Positions 16,905 through 23,399 of a stretch of 26,381 nt of DNA are shown one piece after another. The first letter of the stretch is position 1. Every line of letters begins with the position of its first letter. The position numbers and the translations under genes were made by a program. Below the pieces are notes generated by a model. The model was not told where the DNA came from. It worked only from the letters and a program-made list of their open reading frames with translations, and made no database searches. The DNA comes from a virus (lineage: Duplodnaviria > Caudoviricetes). Where the stretch lies: positions 1 to 26,381 of the IMG/VR virus record IMGVR_UViG_3300032225_000825, one strand, 5' to 3'.

Positions 16905-18326
16905 TTAACTTAGTGGTCTCCAGTGGCTTCCAGCTGCGTCAGTGTAGGAAGGGTCGTAGACTCTCATGAATGCATTGACCCATGAGGTGCCGTTATAAAC
17001 TTTAGGCACTCCTCTAGAGTAGTACTTTTTAAGAGTTCCAGTTACTGATCCAGAACCAGTTACCGATGTAGGAACAAGAATAGTCAAACTAGTAGAGCTC
17101 GGGATGCCATACACCGAGGTATCTCCATTTAGTGAGGCATAGGTGCCCGTGATCCCCGAAATAGTTATGGGCTGGTTTGCCTCAGTAATTCCGTGAGTTC
17201 CAGTAGTGAGTGCGGCTATATTGTAGCTGGAATTAAATGTAGTGATAACAACGTTAGTTACGTTTACTCCTGTAGGAGAAGCGTTTGTGTACACCCAAGG
17301 GCCAGCTGCACCTATAGAAAAGCTCTGTATCGATGAGACCGCAGTTCCTCCAGGGCCTGTGGCCGTAAACACAGCCGAAAAAACACCTGGTACTGTAGGG
17401 GTGCCACTAATAGTCAAAGTGGTTGTACCTGAGGTAGTTGAGGAAGACGTACTTAGCCCGTTAGGAAGACTTCCCAGACTAACTGAAATCGATGTGGAGT
17501 TTGTGGCCACCACTGTTCCTGTATAGGCCACAGAAAATGTGCCGCTATCAGGAAGAGTCGTAATGTTGCCGTTCACATCTACATTTGTAAACGCAGGAGC
17601 GGGGTAAGCAGTAGCGGAATTAGACCAGTTACTAGGCCCTTCAGTTGACTTTGCTCTGGTTTGATACTGATACGCTGTAGTTAGACTAAGGTTGGTAATG
17701 GATGTGGCGGAATCAGGAGCTCCAACCATAGTAATCGGCGTAGCTGACCAAGAGCTCCACGTTACCCCATTATCCGTGGAAGATCTTACTTGATATTCAT
17801 AGGAAATTGAAGGGCCCACAGGAGACAGGGGCGCAGAAACAGCCGTTGTTAAACTGAGCGAAGTGCCATTACGTACAATAGTGGGTGTACCAGGCGTATT
17901 GGGTAGGCGAACAAAGTCATTCAGAGCAATAGTTGCGGTTCCAGCACTACTTGACCAGGATGCTCTAGTAGCGGGGTTTGGATCTTGGTCACCATAATTT
18001 CCAGAAACAACAATAGATTTAGACCCGTTAGCATCATGCGTTACTTCTCGTGATGCGGTAATAATTGTTACTGTTATTGTAGGAGTTAAACTCCAACTTT
18101 CATTGGAGTAGCTGGTGGTGTACCCATCTATTGTTATGGAGCCACCAAACGTGCTACTGTAGGTAGTACTACCAGAGGACTTTGTGACTACGAGAGAAAC
18201 TGTTACTGTTGACTTATTAGCTGCTTGTTGCGCATCAGTAGCAGTGTCAGACCAGGCCCAGTAGCCCGACATGCCAAAACCATTGACAGCAGCGGTAAAA
18301 GTACTAGAAACAGTTAGTGTCGCCAT
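16905..18326 (-). CDS. Minor virion protein with FN3/Ig-like domains
   Basis: Ser/Thr-rich. VTHDANGSKSI, an FN3-like ITNLSLTTAYQYQTRAK...GPSNWS, an Ig-like GSLPNGLS...ISGTPT, and a C-terminal KVYNGTSWV. Confidence 0.75.
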   Translation of the reverse strand: MATLTVSSTFTAAVNGFGMSGYWAWSDTATDAQQAANKSTVTVSLVVTKSSGSTTYSSTFGGSITIDGYTTSYSNESWSLTPTITVTIITASREVTHDANGSKSIVVSGNYGDQDPNPATRASWSSSAGTATIALNDFVRLPNTPGTPTIVRNGTSLSLTTAVSAPLSPVGPSISYEYQVRSSTDNGVTWSSWSATPITMVGAPDSATSITNLSLTTAYQYQTRAKSTEGPSNWSNSATAYPAPAFTNVDVNGNITTLPDSGTFSVAYTGTVVATNSTSISVSLGSLPNGLSTSSSTTSGTTTLTISGTPTVPGVFSAVFTATGPGGTAVSSIQSFSIGAAGPWVYTNASPTGVNVTNVVITTFNSSYNIAALTTGTHGITEANQPITISGITGTYASLNGDTSVYGIPSSTSLTILVPTSVTGSGSVTGTLKKYYSRGVPKVYNGTSWVNAFMRVYDPSYTDAAGSHWRPLS

Positions 18327-18330
18327 TTAT

Positions 18331-18813
18331 TTACGACCAGGCAATCCAAATATCCCCAGCAACAGGGGACGTTGGAGCTCCATTACTTAAAGAACTAGCG
18401 TACAACTTTGTAAAAGACCCACTGCTATTTACAACTCCGTTAGTAACTGACTTTCCATAAATAACGGGACCAATTGCAATAGGAGCAGCCCCAGTAAAGG
18501 AAGCACCATTAATATTTACAGCAGTATTCAGAGCTTTTGCTGTGTTAGCGACAATGGTATTGCTTGTTGAGTTAATGCCCAAAGAGACATCAGCTGTGCC
18601 GTTGTAGTTGGCAGTTGCAGTAAAGTCAGAGCTAAAAGTAATCGTTCCCGACTTTAAATATGGAAGAGCAGTAAAACTTGCGCTGCCATCTCCAACCTTA
18701 AGGACTTTGTTGGTAGTGTCTAGCCCCAACTCACCAACGTCAAGAACTGCGTCATTTAACGCCCAAGAACCAGTTCCAGTAGCTGGTCCTCTTCTAACTT
18801 GAATTTTAGGCAT
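18331..18813 (-). CDS. Short fibre protein with Mtd/hyaluronidase-type N-terminal domain
   Basis: IQVRRG...GELGLDTTNKVLKVGDG, ALNTAVNING and a C-terminal PTSPVAGDIWI. Confidence 0.75.
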   Translation of the reverse strand: MPKIQVRRGPATGTGSWALNDAVLDVGELGLDTTNKVLKVGDGSASFTALPYLKSGTITFSSDFTATANYNGTADVSLGINSTSNTIVANTAKALNTAVNINGASFTGAAPIAIGPVIYGKSVTNGVVNSSGSFTKLYASSLSNGAPTSPVAGDIWIAWS

Positions 18814-18842
18814 AATACATCCTTCTTTTGAAACCTAGGTTA

Positions 18843-18871
18843 ATTATAGGACAGATCAGTAGGCATAACTG
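18843..18871 (-). promoter_or_regulatory. Putative late promoter CAG-N20-TATAAT
   Basis: Directly after the endolysin terminator and upstream of SD AAGGA and the ATG at 18813. Confidence 0.6.
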
Positions 18872-18873
18872 CC

Positions 18874-18910
18874 AGAAAACCCCCCACAGTAATCTGCGGG
18901 GGGCTTCCTG
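18874..18910 (-). terminator. Intrinsic terminator after the endolysin
   Basis: Minus strand CCCCCCGCAG-ATTA-CTGTGGGGGG followed by TTTTCT. Confidence 0.85.
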
Positions 18911-18919
18911 TAATTAGGC

Positions 18920-20113
18920 TTACTTCTTGGCGTTTGCGATAGCAAGAGTCGTAAAGGGAACCGCAAGGTTTCCTACGACCGCGCTGGTTACAATGAGCCA
19001 GATCGGAGCTTGAGTTCCGCTAGCCATAACGGCAACGGAGATGTTGCTGACAATCAATGCAGCAAGGCCGTAGAGAGCGTATGCAATCTTGCGGTTCTTT
19101 GCTTTAGGAATCAAGATTCCAAGTGCATCATTAGCAGCAGTGTTAGCGTCCTGGGGAAGGGGCTGAATTTCGGGCATTACAGGATCCTTTACAGGTTCAG
19201 TGGGTTTTACAGGAACAATAGGCAGCGGTGGCTCAGTGGGCTTTACAGGCACAACAGGCTTTGCAGGAACAACGGGAGTAGGAGCATTAATAGGAGCGGG
19301 TTTTGGAACACCTTGGCGAAGAGCAGCAGTAGTCTTAGGACCAACAACTCCATCTACCTCCAAGCCGTGCTTAGACTGGAAGTCCTTAATTGCTGCAAGC
19401 GTCTTAGGACCAACAATTCCATCGACTTCAAGACCGTATCCAAAGGCATTGAGAAGTTGTTGAATTTCAGCCGAACCAGCAACGTCTCCTCCAGAGTTAT
19501 TGCCTGCCTGAAGAGCGCCCATAGTCTTAGGACCAACAATTCCATCGACTTCAAGCCCGTGCTTACTCTGGAAATCTTTAATTGCAGCCAACGTTTTAGG
19601 GCCAACAATTCCGTCAACGTCAAGCCCATAACCAAAGTTGTTAAGAAGCTTTTGAATCTCAGAGCCTTGAGCAGCTGAAGACCCTCCTCCGCCAAGAGCA
19701 ACATGCCACGACTCTGACGGAACTGTAAAGGAAAGTCCCAGGGACTCAGCAATGCTGCGAACAACAGAGTTGTTGCGTCCAGGGTTAATATCGGCAGCCA
19801 TACCCCAACCATGTGAAGAGGTTCCAGGAGTACCTGCTGACGGAGTTTCGCCCCTGTGCATGCGACCAATTTGGAACCACTGGTTTGACCCTCCAGTAGA
19901 GGTGTCGCTCTCAGAAGTTACAAACTGATCACTGGGAATACCGAGAGGACGGTAGCCCTCGTTAATGTGGATGTCTACGCCTTGCGCAGCAGCTTGATTA
20001 ATAAGGTTAACCATTACCTGGAACATGGAGGGCTCAAAGTATTGCCCTTGAAGCTCCTTCATTGCGGATAGCGGGATCTCGCCATTTGCGAAACCGCCCC
20101 ATGCGTTTACCAT
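18920..20113 (-). CDS. Endolysin: M15-type Zn peptidase, two peptidoglycan-binding domains, Pro-rich linker, C-terminal 2-TM holin-like domain
   Basis: EGYR, SSHGWGMAAD (SxHx6D) and ESWH (ExxH). Four DG(I/V)VGPKT motifs, PVKP repeats, and two hydrophobic helices at the C-terminus. SD AAGGAG. Confidence 0.9.
   Translation of the reverse strand: MVNAWGGFANGEIPLSAMKELQGQYFEPSMFQVMVNLINQAAAQGVDIHINEGYRPLGIPSDQFVTSESDTSTGGSNQWFQIGRMHRGETPSAGTPGTSSHGWGMAADINPGRNNSVVRSIAESLGLSFTVPSESWHVALGGGGSSAAQGSEIQKLLNNFGYGLDVDGIVGPKTLAAIKDFQSKHGLEVDGIVGPKTMGALQAGNNSGGDVAGSAEIQQLLNAFGYGLEVDGIVGPKTLAAIKDFQSKHGLEVDGVVGPKTTAALRQGVPKPAPINAPTPVVPAKPVVPVKPTEPPLPIVPVKPTEPVKDPVMPEIQPLPQDANTAANDALGILIPKAKNRKIAYALYGLAALIVSNISVAVMASGTQAPIWLIVTSAVVGNLAVPFTTLAIANAKK
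19331..19660 (-). repeat. Tandem duplication encoding two peptidoglycan-binding domains
   Basis: Near-identical repeats EIQxLLNxFGYGLxVDGIVGPKTLAAIKDFQSKHGLEVDGxVGPKT. The DNA string gtcttaggaccaacaa recurs near 19332, 19401 and 19524. Confidence 0.85.
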
Positions 20114-20149
20114 ATTTCTCCTTAAAGATTGTTGATGCCCTCTTATAAA

Positions 20150-20178
20150 AGTATAGCTTCCACAAAGAAGAGATGCTG
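20150..20178 (-). promoter_or_regulatory. Putative late promoter CAG-N20-TATACT
   Basis: Intergenic, upstream of the endolysin, with the same spacing as the other two copies. Confidence 0.6.
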
Positions 20179-20215
20179 AGTGAAGCCCGCCATTAACTGA
20201 GTGTTTGGTTAAAAA

Positions 20216-21214
20216 CTAGATGTTGTTATAGCCAAACACTGAAATAGTTCCGCTCATATAATTGCTGTAAAGGGTTGTATTAAATAAAATCAATCCATCA
20301 GCAGATGCTGTCCCCGTAAAAACCCCTCCCCAGCGCCCTGTGTTCCCCTCAAAGCTAATTGTCTCATCTTGAAACGTAGTTTCTACCTGCTCAAAAGGAT
20401 ATTGAAACTCAAAAATATTTCTTTTAGGAAGATTTAGGGTATTCCATGCCCAGCTCGTCGCGCTATCGGTTACTGCTGAATCCTCTATATTTCCAGTTGA
20501 TTTTAGTATTCGGTAGTAGGTGCTTTTATACGCATTGTTCGCGGTAATTTGGTTGGATACTGCATTGGGGTAAGTAAAGCTACTTGGAGTGCTGCTGTTT
20601 ACTAGCCCAATACCTACGGATGTAGAGCTGCTAGTAAAGTCAAGAAGTACTCGATAGTGGCTATATGCCGACGTAAAAAGGCCCCCAATGTTTACGTAGT
20701 AACAGGCAGCAAATTGAACTTTACTAGTTGTAGGAGTGCTTGTAATCCAAGTAACTGTGTCTCCAACTGAGGGGAAAGTAGTCACTCTGGAAAGTCGTGT
20801 AGGGATAATAGGAACTAGCCCCGCACCAGTGGTCGAGCCTGTACCTCCTTTGGACTCAGGAAGGTTTCCCGTGATGGTTGACCCACCGAGATCGTGAGTA
20901 TGTCCAAAGCCTGCGGTACCAGACAAAGCCGTGTCAAGACCAGTTACTTGAGCAGTAGTAATGGTAATCGGGTCAGTACCAGAGGCTCCGTGAGTAGACG
21001 CGTGGGCCGTAGGAACTCGAGCATTAGTAAGGCGGGAGTCAGAGGGCAGCACTGTTGCATACTTTAGAGTATTCCAAGCAGTGCTTCCATCACCAATCTT
21101 AATGTAATTGGTGTCAGTCTCATACCCGATCTCACCAGAAGAAAGAGTGGGGTTAACGGAGGACCAGTTACTGGCTGTGTCTCTGCGAAGTTGTATTCGT
21201 GTTTTTCTTGGCAT
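20216..21214 (-). CDS. Fibre protein with Mtd/hyaluronidase-type N-terminal domain
   Basis: RIQLRRDTASNW...GEIGYETDTNYIKIGDG, PTAHASTH, HTH and LPESKGGTG fibre motifs, and a beta-rich C-terminus. Confidence 0.8.
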   Translation of the reverse strand: MPRKTRIQLRRDTASNWSSVNPTLSSGEIGYETDTNYIKIGDGSTAWNTLKYATVLPSDSRLTNARVPTAHASTHGASGTDPITITTAQVTGLDTALSGTAGFGHTHDLGGSTITGNLPESKGGTGSTTGAGLVPIIPTRLSRVTTFPSVGDTVTWITSTPTTSKVQFAACYYVNIGGLFTSAYSHYRVLLDFTSSSTSVGIGLVNSSTPSSFTYPNAVSNQITANNAYKSTYYRILKSTGNIEDSAVTDSATSWAWNTLNLPKRNIFEFQYPFEQVETTFQDETISFEGNTGRWGGVFTGTASADGLILFNTTLYSNYMSGTISVFGYNNI

Positions 21215-21223
21215 GTATTAGTC

Positions 21224-21382
21224 CTAACTTATTGGGGCCGAGGTAGGGGTAATGTCTGTGATCTCTGTACCACATGGACCACATACTACGTTTATTGGGG
21301 TGATTTCATCTGTAAGAATTGTAATTGGCATACCAGAATTTTGGCAACCAGCTACACGACAGACAACAGTAGATTCATTCAT
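21224..21382 (-). CDS. Small Cys4 (zinc-binding) protein, possible fibre chaperone (52 aa)
   Basis: Not in track. MNESTVVCRVAGCQNSGMPITILTDEITPINVVCGPCGTEITDITPTSAPIS. SD TAAGGA, and it fills the gap between its neighbours. Confidence 0.8.
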   Translation of the reverse strand: MNESTVVCRVAGCQNSGMPITILTDEITPINVVCGPCGTEITDITPTSAPIS

Positions 21383-21394
21383 ATTTTTTCCTTA

Positions 21395-23395
21395 TTACCA
21401 GTAAAGGAGTACGCATCCGTTGCCCCCGTTGCCACCTAAGAAATTAGCGCTATCGGGGCTGCCCCCTCCACCACCGCCACCAGTTCCTCCAGCACCACCA
21501 CTGGCTCCACTCGAAGTAGTTGCAGCTGTTCCATTCCCTCCTGCTCCTAGGTATCCTCCACCTCCGCCTCCACCGCAGTATTTAGTAGATGCTGTTCCTG
21601 ATGAAAGAGACGGTCCAGTTCCTCCAGAGTAAACTCCCGAACCTCCTGCTCCTCCAAATGCGTCGGCAATGTTAGAGACAGTCATTCTTGCAGCACCGCC
21701 ACCACCACCAACAAAACCAGAGCCACCTACTCCTCCTGTAGCAGTGCGGGCTGCACTTGATGTTCCGCTTTGGTTTGCTCCCCCTCCACCCCCACCAGAG
21801 GTTCCCGCTCCACCACCAGAAGCTGTAGCAGCGCCTGTAGAGCTACTTGCGGACGCTCCACCACTGCCTCCTATAGAGTACAGTAAGTTAGTTCCAGATG
21901 CTGTAGTTCCAACAGTTCCCGAATTACCTGCGCCATAAGTTAAAGATGGGGGTGTTGTGGCACCGCCAATTCCTCCAGCGGCATAAAGAGTGCCATAGAT
22001 GCTTGGGTCTCCATTACTTGTATACGGGTAATAGCCACCACGACCAATGGTTACGGCAGTAGAGCTAGGAACAAGTCCCCAAACAATTGCACCGCCTCCA
22101 CCTCCAGATCCCTGAGAAATGTTTCCTCTTCCACCGCCGCCAACAACAACTGCAAAAACCACTTGTGGAGGACTACCAAAACTACTCATAGAAAGAGCTG
22201 TCATGGCAGAATTCGTTTTTACAATACTTTGATAATTGGCATCTCCTTGCCAAGAGTTAAACTTTCCACCAACAAGAATTTCACCACTAGATAACTCAAT
22301 TGCAGTAAAAACTTTTCCATCTGAACTATATGCTGAAAAACTTTGGTCTACATAACCATTAAGAGTGTATCGTACAAGACTAGCTCCTCCTGTTGTATCA
22401 GTTACAAGAGCTTTTCCATTAGATAAAATAGTAATAGAGGTTGGGTAGTCTTGACCAGCAGTATTAGTCTGACTATCAAAAAACGTATCAACAGTCCCAT
22501 TAGAATTAAGACGAACAAGCCCATTTGCAGAGTCATTACCATTCCATGCATCAAAAGACCCTCCAACAATAATTTTTCCATCACTTTGTATAGCGACACA
22601 AGTTGTACTTCCCGTGCTATTCGACTCACCATCAAAATATGTTGGACCATCCCCTAACGCACTTATAAATGCAGTATCTAATGTTCCATCAGAATTAAGA
22701 CGACATAACGATGGGACATAGGTTCCAGAAACTAGATCACGAGATTGACCAGCAAGAATAATTTTTCCATCACTTTGTATAGCGATATCATTAATCGGAG
22801 TATTAGGACCAGAATCATACGTACGAGTAAAGGAAGAATCCATAGTGCCATCAGAATTAAGTCGAATGATTGAAGAGCGATAAGCTCCATTCCAATAATT
22901 GTTGCCGCCTAAAAGTATCTTTCCATCAGATTGAAGAGCTATCGCATAAGGTACTCCATTTAATGAGCCAATATTATTTTTAAATGCAGTATCTAATGTT
23001 CCATCAGAATTAAGACGAACAAGCCCTGTTGTACTGATGCTGTTAAAAGCATACATCTGTGCTGTAACAAGGATTTTTCCATCATTTTGTAAAGCTACAT
23101 CCGTTAAAACAGGACTTGGGTAACTAGCTTGAAAGCCAATTCCAAGATTTTTAGAAAAACTAGTATCTAAACTTCCATCAGTATTAAGTCTTACAATAAA
23201 TCTTGAAGTTAGTGGAACACCGCACCACTTATCAAAATCTCCTATGATAATAACTTTGCCATCAGGTTGTTGAACAATTTTTCTAACAGTATTGTACTCT
23301 TCAGAAGCTGTAATGCTTGTTCGAATATTTATCTTGGTGTATGAAGAATCAGACATTTGATGTCTAAGTACAAAGTCTTTAGGAATAGGAATCAT
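21395..23395 (-). CDS. Adhesin-like protein: delta-60 (DUF5122-type) beta-propeller repeats plus Gly-rich C-terminal domain
   Basis: Likely start is the ATG at 23395 (MIPIPKDF), 4 nt after the upstream stop. Repeats of QxDGKIxxxG...RLNSDGTLD. The Gly-rich tail ends GGNGCVLLYW. Confidence 0.85.
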   Translation of the reverse strand: MIPIPKDFVLRHQMSDSSYTKINIRTSITASEEYNTVRKIVQQPDGKVIIIGDFDKWCGVPLTSRFIVRLNTDGSLDTSFSKNLGIGFQASYPSPVLTDVALQNDGKILVTAQMYAFNSISTTGLVRLNSDGTLDTAFKNNIGSLNGVPYAIALQSDGKILLGGNNYWNGAYRSSIIRLNSDGTMDSSFTRTYDSGPNTPINDIAIQSDGKIILAGQSRDLVSGTYVPSLCRLNSDGTLDTAFISALGDGPTYFDGESNSTGSTTCVAIQSDGKIIVGGSFDAWNGNDSANGLVRLNSNGTVDTFFDSQTNTAGQDYPTSITILSNGKALVTDTTGGASLVRYTLNGYVDQSFSAYSSDGKVFTAIELSSGEILVGGKFNSWQGDANYQSIVKTNSAMTALSMSSFGSPPQVVFAVVVGGGGRGNISQGSGGGGGAIVWGLVPSSTAVTIGRGGYYPYTSNGDPSIYGTLYAAGGIGGATTPPSLTYGAGNSGTVGTTASGTNLLYSIGGSGGASASSSTGAATASGGGAGTSGGGGGGANQSGTSSAARTATGGVGGSGFVGGGGGAARMTVSNIADAFGGAGGSGVYSGGTGPSLSSGTASTKYCGGGGGGGYLGAGGNGTAATTSSGASGGAGGTGGGGGGGSPDSANFLGGNGGNGCVLLYW

Positions 23396-23399
23396 GTTA

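Noticed and set aside
20176-20204. CACTCAG direct repeat upstream of the endolysin as an operator
   Set aside because: It is only two 7-mers and is not seen at the other promoters, so support is insufficient.
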